From assembly GCA_973895155.1 (NCBI GenBank), contig OZ316898.1:14538330-14602329 (forward strand): DNA of 64,000 bases. Direction: 5' to 3'. Of this stretch, positions 11,022 to 23,035 are shown piece after piece. Numbering within the stretch: position 1 is the first letter of the stretch; each line of letters opens with the position of its first letter. Made by a program: the position numbers and the translations under genes. The notes beneath the pieces are model-generated. The model ran no database searches. It was given only the letters and a program-made list of their open reading frames with translations, and was not told the origin of the DNA. Source of the stretch: Marsupella aquatica. Taxonomy: Eukaryota; Plantae; Marchantiophyta.

Positions 11022-13499
11022 TCAGGCACTTCTGAAGTGGCTCTTTAATGATGTGGAGTTGTAAAATGACATTGGAGGCCAAGGGTCGAGTAGAGGCAAT
11101 TGAGCAAGTCCTCTGATAGCGTGGGATCCTTGAGTGCGAGAAGAGGAATGTAGTTGGAGTCTCTGTAGCTGTTCTCTGAGTTTAAGCAGATCCTTCTCAT
11201 ACTTATACTGAACTGCATATCCGTCATGAGCAACCCAGACATAGTAACGATAAGGCCATGGATGTTCTGGAGGTATAGGAGGAAAAGGACAAAGGGTTCT
11301 TCGAAGGGTATACACCCAACACCATATTTCATACTCAGAGAATTTATGTCTCCTGTCCTTATCTATAGGTGGAACAACTTTAGGAAATTTATACGTAGGA
11401 ATCAAAGTCCGAATGCCTGGAGGACATAATCCTGGCAAAACCTGTTGTTGCTGCCTGATACTGTCGAGTTCCAAGTGTCTGAAAGCTGCCTGATACTCAG
11501 TTTTGGTCCAAGAGTTAATAGAAGCAAGATTGGGAATAGGGTTAGGTGGTGGACATTCGATCGTTCTCCCCACTCGAGGTGGAATTCGAATAATCCGAGG
11601 ATCTGCTTCATCTCCACTGCCATCATTGGGTGCACCTATCCATCAAAAAATAACCCCTGGAGTATTGGAAGGAATCACAGATTCCTTAGCAGGAGGACAA
11701 GGTGAAGTCTCAGGAGACAAAGGTGCAATAGTAGGCTGTACTAGCTCTGGAATTGCCCTATCTCCTCGACCTGCACTGGGTGGTTCGTTTTCTAGCCGTA
11801 ACTCCTCTGAGTAGGCAGCTACCTGCTCCGAATCGTTATATGGTTCCTGCCCATGGGCATACTGCTCTTGTACCTCAATCTGAGCCTCCACATAATCTGT
11901 AGCAGCATGTAATTCCACCGAATCTCGAGCTTTCCGTAACCTTTTCCATGGTCGACGCCTATAAGTAACTGGATACTCATCTCGGGCTCGAGGTGGAGAA
12001 GCTATAAGTGGAGCGTCCAGAGAAGCATATCTCTCAAAATTGTTTGGAGCTGATATGTGCTGAGGTGATGCCCCAGGACTTTGTTCCGAACTATCATAGC
12101 CCATTGGTATTGTGGGTAACCGGGAGATTTGACTTAATCTCTCAGCTAAGTCTTCCGAAATGTCCAATGGTACCGCCACCATACTACTACCTTCCTGCTG
12201 ACTTGAATCATCTCGTTCAGATCTTCGCAAAAAGGAGACATCCTCCTCATCATCAATCTCTACAATTGCATTCTCACCATCACTTCTTGAAACATCAAAA
12301 CCTGGTATCCCTAAAGGTTGAATGTCTTGGGGAAAACCAAGGACATCCTGTAAGGGTGGCTGTGGACTCCCATTGGAGTATTCATCCGATTGGTAGTCCT
12401 GTAATGAAGCCAAAGCGTCCGGTCCTTCTGCAGCTAGAGATGGGGATAAACTTGGTAACTCATTCAAAACTACATTTTCTGCAAAAGAAGGTAAAACTGA
12501 ACCTTCACCTGGTGATTCCGCAGCTGTCTGTGGTTCCTGAATAGCTTCCTCCGGGTTACGCAGAGGGATGGGACTCCCACACTGTGAACTGAGCTGGGCC
12601 TCGTCCATCAATTCGGCTTCAATATCATGCGAAAGTTGGTCAGCTAGCTCCTCGTCAACTGTAGGGGTGTCCTCCTCTGGAATTTGAGTGGCCTGCTCAT
12701 GTGCTTCAACCAAATTTCAGACATTTGGTAACAACTCAGCCTCTTCGCAGTCTAATAAAGTACACAATGCAATCAGAGTATCCTAAGGATTGTTGAGTGG
12801 CTCATCCGATCGACAACTCACGTCCATTCGCACCTTAGTCCTCAAATTTCGATAAATCCTTTTCTCTGTTGGTAACAGGCATCGCTTCTTGTAATAAATA
12901 TGCGCAAAGTAGGGTGTCATTTGCACCTTCCTCAGCTTCCTTGCTCTGACTCGACTTCGAAAATTCTTCACCTGCGCATGGATCACTCTATGTAGGATTT
13001 GAGTCCAATTGATGGTCTTCCTCTGTTCCACAGAAAAAATCATAGTGGCCGCAAACGACAAGGTAATACGAGTTTGACTCTCAGGATGAAAAATAGGGGA
13101 GAGGAAACGAAATAAATGCTGCAATCGCGCTTCTATGCAATCTGCCGCCACCCAGCCATTCCGCCTCTTGAATGTTCCCTGATAAAACAGAGATTCAACG
13201 TAAGCCCTAGGTTCACCTTCTACTTTTTGTAATCCTTCGCCTACGCTTGGAGTTGAATAAACTGATGAGATGAGCTCCTCATTCCAATTGCTTGGCCTCG
13301 CGCGTATCTCTGGTCCTTCCTCTCCGTCCCATTCGCCCCGATCGATCAAGCTGAATTCACAAATACTCCAAGGAAACTTTAGTAGATTCTTCAAGCCCAT
13401 AGTCGTCAAATCCTCTCGTAGTCGCCTTCGATCATCTATTCCTAATGGAATCACAACAACTATCGGACGCGCAGTGACTTCTAGCTCCAATTCCGCCAT
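11022..13499 (-). pseudogene. Extra ORF in the env-like position (about 825 codons) broken by three in-frame stops
   Basis: ORFs 12783-13499, 11643-12713 and 11022-11573 share one frame and are separated only by TAG/TGA codons. The N-terminal part looks like a helical plant-transposon-protein domain, the middle is acidic and disordered, and the C-terminus is W/P/Y-rich. Confidence 0.75.
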
Positions 13500-13983
13500 C
13501 GCTCAGTCTGCAATCTCTTCTGGCGCAGCTCCACTCTTCCTTCAATCAGGGTCGCCACCTCCTCTATATCAATCATCGGTAATGAGCGCTACTAAACTTG
13601 GTTTCAAGAACCACTCGTCGTTTCTCTTCTTCGACCCATTAGACGTCACAATCCATCGCCGTACTTGAGATCGTTCCAAAATTTCAACTTGTGCTGGACG
13701 CTTCAGAAAGCGGCCCAAATCCGGACGGAAATCCTGAGTCAGCAAGTTGACGCCTCCGAAGTGCATCTCCTGGACGCTTCAGAAAGCGTCGTCTACTGGT
13801 CGTGGAGCGGACGCCTCAGAAAGTGTCCCATCGGTCCCGCTTTGCGAAATCAGTCCACAATGCTGGACGCTTCAGAAAGCGTCTCAAAATTTTTTTTCAA
13901 AATTTCCAAACATAATCTTTTAATCTACTACTCTAAGCCCTTCCATACTAGTATTTCTTACAGATATGAAATATACCTATCCC

Positions 13984-13998
13984 AGCCCTCCACTCAAA
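13984..13998 (-). promoter_or_regulatory. Internal (second) PPT directly after the pol stop codon
   Basis: Minus strand TTTGAGTGGAGGGCT, the same core as the terminal PPT. Both PPTs are preceded by a GGACA motif. Confidence 0.85.
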
Positions 13999-16900
13999 CT
14001 ACGACATGTCCTCATGCGCGGAATAGAAGTGATAGGGCTTTAATCTAAAGCCATTAATTCTAGTGTCTAAGGGGGATCCATCTAAAGTGGTTAAGGATAC
14101 AGAACCATTAGGCCATATGTTCTCAATTCGATAAGGGCCGATCCAAGGGTATGTAATTTACCCGGAAAAAGCATGTAGCGGGAATCAAAAACTAACACTA
14201 AATCATTATTAGCTAGCTTAACCTGTTTAAGCTTTTTATCATAAGAGTGTTTCCGGTTTGCTTGGACTACAGCAGTATGTTCTAAGGCTAAAAGTCTATT
14301 TTCTTCTAATTTCATAATATCAACAAACCGACTCTCGATACTTGCTTCAGGGGTGAATCTCTCAGGAATAAGTAAGCGCTCAGTAGGAATGGAAAACTCA
14401 ATAGGGATAATACTATCAACCCCATAAGTTAAATAAAATGGGGTTCTAAGGGTGGTAATCTTTTCAGCAGTACGGTAAGCCCAAAGCGCAGAGTGCAATT
14501 TTACATCCCAGTCAGTCTTGTGAGATTCCACCATCTTATTCAGAATCTTGCCCATAATGCCATTAGCTCTCTCCGTTAAGCCATTAGCTCGGGGGTTGTA
14601 AGGAGTAGTTTTGCGATGCTTGATAAGATATATGTCAGTGATTAACTCAATAGTTGAGTTAAGAAAATGTAGACCCCTATCGCTGACCAACTCCAAAGGA
14701 CATCCGAACCGAGTAATAATATGCTCAAAGAGAAATGCAGCGCTGTTGTAGCATCATTCTTGCGAGTGGCTTTAGCCTCCACCCATTTGGTGGCATAATC
14801 AGTGGCCAGAATAATGTATTTGCTACGACTTTTCCGAGTGGCTGGTGAAATTGGGCCCACAAAATCAATACCCCATTTCTCAAAGGGTGCCAAAGGAAGG
14901 ATGGGAGTGAGTGGCCATTTAGAAGATGCAATGGGTTTGCCTACTCGTTGGCATGGATCACAGGTTTTAATAAAATTGTAGGTGTCCTTGTGCATTGTGG
15001 GCCACCAATATCCGGCATCTTGAATTTTCTTAACAGTGGTGGTAACTGCATAGTGTCCGCCTGTCTCACCAGAATGTAAGGCTGCAATTACCTGTGGAAT
15101 TTCTCTCATCTCAAGGCAACGCTGTAACCTTTGATCAGGGCCTTGCTTAAATAAGGTGCCTTTGATAATTGTATAAGGACCTACCTTATGTGCAAAAACA
15201 GCCCTCTCCTCAGCATTAAGTCCTTCTGGAAAGACCCCATACAGCAACATCTTCACAATATCAAAATATTTCGAGGACTCGCCTTCAATGTGCCAAAGGT
15301 GCTCATCCGGAAATTCGTCAGACAGGTTGTGGTCATTCTCTGTACCTGGAAGTCTAGACAAGAAGTCGGCATTCTCATGGTGTTTCCCTGGACGGACTTG
15401 CACCTCGTAATCAAATTCCTGAAGCAGGAGGACCCATCTAGCCACCCTCCCCGACAGGTCAACTTGATTAACCAGGTATTTCAAAGAATGATGGTTCGTG
15501 TGAAAGATGATCTGATATCCAAGAAGATAATGACGAAACTTCTTGCAGCAAAAACAATGGCTAAGGCTTCTCTTTCGGTAACTGTATAGTTTTTCTCAGC
15601 AGCACTCATCTGCCTACTGGCATAATAAATGGGATGATCCCTATTGTCATCATCCTTTTGACTCAAGTTAGCTCCGATGCAGAAGGCAGATGAGTCAATG
15701 AAAACATGAAACTTCCTACTCCAATCTGGTGGGGAGAGAATGGGCGCAGTCACAAGGCGGTCCTTTAGTGTTTGAAAAGCTTGCTGTCTTTCTTCATTCC
15801 AAACATAAGGTTCATTTTGTTTGAGCAATTTGGTCAGAGGCATAGCAATATCGGCATGTTTATGAATGAATCTGCGATAATACCCGACATGCCCTAAGAA
15901 GGCACGGAGTTGCTTCAAATCCGTCGGAGGTTGAAGTTCCACGATCACCCGGACCTTTTCTTTGTCCACCTCTATGCCACGCTGAGAAATGACATGGCCG
16001 AGCAAGATACCTTCCAGCATTCCGATGAAGCACTTCTCTGGATGTAAGCACAATTGAGCTTCCCGACACTTCTGGAAAGTCTTCTCGAGGTGCATTAAAT
16101 GGTCAGCCGCCAATCCATACACACAGAAATCATCGATGAAGATCTCCATGAAGTGCCGAAGGTACTCCTGAAAAATAATCATCATGATACGCTGAAAAGT
16201 GCCTGGGGCATTACACAACCCAAATGGCATCATTGCATACGCATATGTACCCCAATCCGTTGTGAACGTGGTCTTGTCCCGATCCTCCTTTCGAATGGAA
16301 ACCTGGTTGTACCCAGAGTATCCGTCCAGAAAAGTATACAACTCATGCAATGCGACCTGATCAAGCACTAGATCTATGAAGGGTAAGGGATAATGGTCCT
16401 TCCTGGTGGCTGCATTCAATTTCCGATAGTCCTGACACACGCGGATTTTTGTCTTTCCATCAGGTCCCGCCTTCTTGGGTACAATGACAATGGGGGATAC
16501 CCATTCACTACTCAAGACGGGGTAGATGAAACCAGCAGTAGTCAACTTATCCAGCTCCTCCTTCACAAGGACAGAGTACTTGGGGTTCAAACGGTACTGC
16601 CTTTGACGGACTGGCACTGCCCCTTCCATCAAGTCTATCCGATGCTCTCCCAGATGAGGGTGGATGCCCTTCAAATCTGAATGACTCCATGCAAAAACAT
16701 CCTTGTACTGGGTCAACAACTTAATGTACAAGTCCCGCAACTCACCCTGGATATGCTTTCCTATATTAAGGAACTTGCCAGGTTCAATCTCAACTTTTTG
16801 ACAAGCCTTAGGGTCCACTATACCATCCGTTAGGCGTGCTGGCCTAAGCTCCAAATCACCAACATCAGACTCACTGATTTCCGGAGAGGGAGGGTGTTTT

Positions 16901-19900
16901 TCATTACCGGAGGATACGCCATGCATTTGCTGATCTGAGAATTGTTTCCATATATCATGGCCGACTCCTTGTAAGTTTGCTTTCTCCCCTTCCGGTGGAA
17001 ATTGTCAAAAAGGGGCCTCAGAAGCTAATCCAGTCTCCACAACTGGATCAGATAGGTAAACCTCCAAATAGCGTACCTCCTCCAACTCAAACTCCAATGG
17101 CTCCAGAATCAGGTTGGAATTCGAAAAGTCTGACGTATACCCGTCGTCAGTTTGCGTCTCGCCCTTATGATCCTCAGTAGCCCAACTCACCACCACCTTG
17201 GGTTTACCAAAAGACATCTCTTGAGCTTTCCAATTTACCTGCACTTGGGCTTTATACAACCAGGGGCGGCCTAACACGACTGGAAAGCTGGAAGGTACCT
17301 CTGGACTTATTATCACATATTCCAAAGTAAATGGAACACCAGCAATCAGAGTATCTACCTTACTTAATTTTCCCGCGGGAACAACTCGAGATTGGTCCGC
17401 CATGCACAGGATCTTGGGTGTTGGTTCAAACTTAGTAAATCCAAGATTAAATGCAGTTTGCTGAGTCATGAGGTTGACGCTGGATCCACCATCCACTGGT
17501 ACTCTCCTCACAACACATCCTTGAATTTGTACATCCAGCTCTGGTGGTCCCTTATCCTCCCATTCCAAACGTAATACATCCACCTCTGGCAACTTACGCC
17601 GCCTTCGCTTTCCTGCCAACAATCCTCTCAATATATTGGCGTCTATAAACCGGGTTGTCTTGCAACAACTCACCAATGGTGATATGAGCAAGATGGCCCT
17701 TCACGTCTTCTACAATATCATATCCCTGTTGCTTTAACACAGGTCGTTCGGGCTCCTTCACCACTGGCTTCTGAATTGAATGCGAGGTGTGATCTTTAAC
17801 TAGTTCCTCTAATTGAGCTTTTACTTCTGAAGAAATGTCAGGTAAAAAATATTTGGGATCATAGCGATCATAAGCTGGGTCCTGATCCTTGGGTAGGCCT
17901 TCCTCAAATGGAGCTCGTTCCTTTGGCTTAGGTCCCTTCTTTTGGTGCTTCTCTACTGCTTGTTTCTCCTCTTTCCGCTTGGAATGAGTAGTTGCATAGG
18001 TATCCGTTAGAACTTTGTCCTGATCCTGAACTCGAGCATTAGGCATGCCCACCACCTCTGGCTTCACCAAGTGATCCACTAACACATCAGGAACAATTCC
18101 GGCCAGTGGTTGAGCAAACGTGGAGTGGCCTATCACTTCCACTCTGTTCACATCCCCATGGTGGATCATTCCACAATGCTCAACCTCTTCAGAGTACACC
18201 ATCCTCACTTTAGCCTCTGGTCTGATTGTCTCCTTGACAGGCTCTTGAGCAAAGCGAACCATCATTTTTGTTTTAGGCGGATTTGGACATTCCACAGGCA
18301 AGTGCCCTTCCTTGCCACAATTTCCACATATAGGGGTGTATCCCTCTTCTCTCTTCGGATACGGACATTGCGGTGAGTAGTGGTCCGGCTGACCACAATT
18401 CCAACAGGATCCTTTCTGCCGTGGAGCTCCTCTAGGGGCCTCCTGGAGGTCCCATAGGCGGCCTGGGAACAGGTCTGTTGAAGGCAGGTTTTGGCGGTAC
18501 CCAATTATTCATTGGTGGAGGGGCAGGTGGGAAATACTGACCTCCTGGTGTTGCCTGAACTGCATATGCCGGCTCGTATTCGTAATCTTCTACCTCCTCC
18601 GGTCCTTCCAAGTAATTTACTGCCATACGCCAATTTGGGCACTCCGTCGGATAGTGCCCTTGCTGATTACAACGGGTACACCACACGTTTGTCCTCATGG
18701 TTGGTGGTAATCTTCGCACAGGTTTCACCGCAGCAATATGTACATTCAGCTTAGATAGCTTCCCAGTTATTTCCTCCATCATGCGATCCATTTTTTTCTG
18801 AGTAGAAGTCTTAGGCTCTACCTTCGAGGTTGACTTCTTCTTTTTGGAGGCGGACTGTTCCAAATCTGAACTAGAACTAGAGCTAGCGCTCTCACTAGTG
18901 CTTGAATCCGTACTCTCATCGTCTTCACTAGTGCTGCTGTCACTATCGTCCTTCTCCGAATCAGATTTAGACTTTGATTTTTTTTCTTTTTCCTCTTATC
19001 TTTCTTCAAGTCTTTCCTCACTCGCTTTTTCTCAGAAATTTCAGAATCCACATACTTATGTTCTGATTCCTGAACTTCCTCCAAAGTAGTACCACCTTCA
19101 CGCCTGACATATCAAGCAATTCGTGACGGCAATCCGTTGATAAACCAATCCTTCACAGTAGACTTAGATGTGGCTGGATTATATTGGTCCACCAAATCCA
19201 ACAGTTTATCCGCATATTTCCTCACAGACCCATGTTTCTTCATGTGTAAATGAGAGATCCTAGCAAAAGCTCGAGCGGCAGACCCCTCCTCTTTGTACTT
19301 AGCCAAGAAGGCAGCCTTCAACTTACCCCAGTCATGTTTATCTGGAAAGCGATCATACCACTTTTGAGCTCTCTTCTTCATCAGTCCACCAAATAAATAA
19401 GCCTTTTCCGCATCTTGGCTTTGTCCATTTGAAGCTGCAGCAGCTTCAAATTCCTTCAAATAGACTTCTGCATCCTCTTTAGATGATCCAAAGAATCTAT
19501 CATATCTCACATTGTTACGAGCCATTATAGTAGGACTTAGATTAGGGATGGGTAAGGCAGATCGGATGGCAAACGGATTAGTCCAAGTTTGAGGACTTAA
19601 TACAATAGAACTACTAGATTCTGAACTACTGCCGAAGCTCTTCTCGCCTGAAGACGACCCTTCTGATGAATTAAATGCTGTGAAGCCTTCAAGTTCTTCT
19701 AGAGTTGGATTCTGTTGTCAAATCCCTTCGACATCTGATGGTTTCCTTGAATGCTGTGGTGGACCAATCAACTTGGGTCCGGATCGCAAATTCACATATA
19801 AGGGTCTACTGGCTGCAGGATTTCCCAGAGTCCCTTGGGTTACCCTAGTCTGAATGGAGGTTACCTTCCTTGTCACACTTCCCGGTAAAGGGAATTCTGA

Positions 19901-20011
19901 TGCTTGAAAATCAGACAGGAGGTCTCGAGGCTCCACTGCCTTGCTCGAGGATTCTGATTTATAAGAAGCTTTCCTCCATTTCTTTTTGATTTGGCGAGCT
20001 TCCTCCGACAT
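13999..20011 (-). pseudogene. gag-pol polyprotein (Gag, 3 zinc knuckles, protease, RT, RNase H, integrase), disrupted
   Basis: Retrotrans-gag-like core 19112-19525. Knuckles CTRCNQQGHYPTEC, CWNCGQPDHYSPQC and CGNCGKEGHLPVEC. PR VDGGSSVNLM...LGRPWL. RT DYRKLN...MPFGLCNAP...FIDDF; RH IYYASR...EREALA. INT H..H..C..C, WGIDFVGP, SDRG, NGLTERAN and the terminal NGFRLKPY. Several frameshifts and TGA stops. Confidence 0.92.
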
Positions 20012-20029
20012 ACCTCATTCTTAGCAATA

Positions 20030-20419
20030 GTAAAACTTCTCTCCCTAGTTAATTGTCTTGCTACATTACTGAATCCAGGTCGTACTCAGAAGTATTGAAG
20101 GAAGATGTGATTCATGAGGCCCCATTATGAAGAAATCCAGGTGGTACAGGCGATCACCAATTTGAATAGGTACTGCCTTCATCTCCCCCACAGGTTTAAT
20201 CAATTGGCCATTGATCCAGAACTGTGTGTAAGTTGGTAAAATTGGTGCGAGAGCCAGATTCTGAGCCAAACGAATAGAAAGCAAATTAATTCGAGAGCCC
20301 CTGTCTATTGAAACTTCCTTAATCAGGTATCCCGCCAATCTCACCTGAGATTCAAAAGAACTTTGGATGGCTCTTGTGAACACATTGGAGGGATGCATGG
20401 TAGCTTTGATTACAAGCAT
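20030..20419 (-). pseudogene. Second, degenerate retroviral-type aspartic protease domain upstream of gag
   Basis: VSIDRGSRINLLS...LDFFIM...SILLSTTWIQ aligns by eye with the element's own protease, VPVDGGSSVNLMT...LEYVII...VVLGRPWLY. Confidence 0.7.
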
Positions 20420-21334
20420 CTTTCAATGCCACTGAGAAAACACCCACTACAGATGGAAGCGGTCACCTTGGCTTTTCCCAAGGGGCATGCCTCTTGCACC
20501 TTGTGTCGAGGGATTCGAACAGGTATGTCCATTCAACTCTTGGGAATCCAAAGTGTCTGGAAACCAATTCAATGCCTTGGAGATCTTCTCCTGACCCCTC
20601 TTCATATCCTTCTTTGGCTAGGTTTACCGCAGCACTTCCTATCTCATCCTCCTATTGGGCCCCATTTCACCTTGAAGCATTGTACTAGCCAATTCAGAAA
20701 TAGAAATTACAGTATATCTCTCCTGAGTAATCCTACCATTTAATCTCAGCATTACCAAATGCAAATTCAAACCTTCCCACCATATTATGGACAGCCAATG
20801 AACCCCCTTCTACCCCTCACACTTAACACCCATGTTTGCACATATTGATTATGCAAATTCCTAACTCGTAGGGAGCCTAATGATCTAATGGGTGGGGGCA
20901 TTCTTCAAGAATCCTCCACCCCTAAGGTTGGCTTACAGCCTAAGTATCTCAATAATTTTTAACATTGGCTCTAACACTTATCCTAAACTCTTCAATAAAA
21001 AGGGTAAAACTCTTTCCAAACTTCGCCTATAATCCACTGATTATCTTAATCTCGATTCCTACACACAGAAATCTCTTTCTTCACATGGAAATCAAGCACC
21101 CTTGAGGCTATCCTTTTTGGCCTTAATTTCCTTCCTTCTCCTTCTCCTATTAAGGAGGGCTTCCTCCCTCATCATCTCCCGGAAAGCTTCCGGGGCATTT
21201 GCTAGGGTGAAGGGTCGAACCTCCAGCACCTGAATTGGCCATTGTCCTGAATCTTCCATTAAGTAACTCCTTCTGACCAATTCAACCTCCTCGGTTGGCA
21301 TTCACTGCCTTGATATCAATCCATTCCATACCGT

Positions 21335-21352
21335 TCCCCGGCAGCGGCGCCA
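21335..21352 (-). promoter_or_regulatory. Primer binding site, tRNA-Asp type
   Basis: Minus strand TGGCGCCGCTGCCGGGGA, 9 nt downstream of the 5' LTR. It matches the Athila-type PBS TGGCGCCGTTGCCGGGGA except at one base. Confidence 0.85.
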
Positions 21353-21361
21353 AAAATCATA

Positions 21362-23035
21362 TGTCATATAGCCAGAAGAACCAAAAGGAACACTTTTTAC
21401 ATAAAGACTCGGAATTCGATCCCTTTAAGAACAGATTTGGAAAGAATTGAATGAATTTATCTCTCTGAGTAATCTAAAGCTCTCAGCACATAGATTTCTT
21501 GTTTCTCACTAAAAGATCAAATAAACAAAACACCAAAGTAAATAAACTTCTGTCTTATGAGTCAAGAGAGAATAATTTATGGTCTGAAAACTCTGATTAG
21601 CTATTGCCACTCCTTCAAAAAGGACTATGGTCTTAGAATAGACATAAAACAAGTCTCATAACTCACTAATTTCTCTCCTGACTAAATAAAATTGCATGAT
21701 AAGGAATTTCCAATTTGCTAAACAAGTACTGCTCTGGTTACAAATGTAATGATATGACTTAAGATGCCGGCAACATGGTTTGACATCAGCGATACGCAAT
21801 TCCGTCAAACACTAAATCATATTCCATAAACAAAGTAACGGTACTGAATACTCTGAGAACCAAACTTTACTTCTCACATATCAAACAACAACTCTTGAAT
21901 TAGCTAGCGAATCTTGACCCTTCAAGCAAGCCTAACAGTGAATTCAATGTAAGTCACAGAAGCTTGTAACTGAATTCAAGTATCAAGAAATTTCTTGAAT
22001 TCATAAATTCAAACATAAGTTTTGCTTCCATACAAGACTTCTCTTGTTAAAATGGAAGGATGGGAAACTAACAGAAGTCTGATTGGAATTGTCCCCCCCT
22101 TTGGTAAAGGATAAACCATGAGGTTTTATAGGTAAAGGTTCCCTTAACTGAAAAGGCATGACTTTTCAAACCTCAAATATCTAAAAGACAATCCTAAAAG
22201 AAATAAAGAAATGCATTGGAGACTTAGTGGACGCTTTGTAGAGCGTCCGTGTTTTCTGGTAAAACTAATAAACAGTGGTTTTAATCTAATTTTAACTTCT
22301 AAACTAAAAGTTGGAATGAGCTGAAACTTTTCTAGAGTACTCTACTACATATAATCTCTATGCTGGTAAAGTTTCAGACTTTTCTGAGACTTCTAAGTGC
22401 CTCAAATAAATTGGCAAAAGTGGTGCGGTGTTATGAAAGTGCGGAAATCAGAAATATTTCTAAGTGTCGGGAAGATAGTGGACGCTTCAGAAAGCGTCGA
22501 TTGGATTTTGGTGTTTTGGTCGCGGCGTCCGTCTTCCGGCCTTCAGGTGGGACGCTTCAGAAAGCGGCGGAGTCTGTCTTGGCGGACGCTTCAGAAAGCG
22601 TCGATTCTGCTTTGTCTTCGAACACGGCCGAACAGTCAAGGCGTCACTTCTCATGTGGACGCTTCAGAAAGCGTCTCATCGGACTTTGGGGTAGCGGACG
22701 CTTCAGAAAGCGTCTTAAAGCGTCCGGTGTCTGGTTCAAATAGACGCTTCAGGAAGCGTCTTAAGTTCTGTGGTATCGGTGAAGGACGGCTCAAAAAGCG
22801 TCGTGGTTAAGGGGGTCGCATCTGGTTGGCAGCACACATGGACGCCTCAGCTGTCTTGGGATTTATTGGCTTTGTAACTGGGGACGCTTCAGAAAGCGTC
22901 CTTAGTTAGACTGAAGTGAGTTAACCGCCAAATGGAAAGTAGACGCTTCAGAAAGCGTCGTTTTTGCTCAAAAAGTTTGAAACGATTCAGATTTTTCTCT
23001 TATGGTCGTGTTTCAGCAAAAGTTTCCTTTCCACA
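21362..23035 (-). repeat. 5' LTR of the Athila-like element (1674 bp)
   Basis: Direct repeat of 9292-10965. Only two substitutions were noticed by eye (9296 G vs 21366 A; 10954 C vs 23024 T). Confidence 0.97.

Larger units (their letters stand above)
9292..23035 (-). mobile_element. Full-length Ty3/gypsy LTR retrotransposon, Athila-like (non-chromovirus), 13,744 bp
   Basis: Two 1674-bp TG...CA LTRs and a 5-bp TSD ACAAC (9287-9291 and 23036-23040). tRNA-Asp-type PBS, two PPTs, domain order gag-PR-RT-RH-INT, RT motif FIDD, no chromodomain, and an extra ORF after pol. Confidence 0.95.

Noticed and set aside
21335-21352. tRNA gene
   Set aside because: Only an 18-nt match to a tRNA 3' end (a PBS); no cloverleaf.
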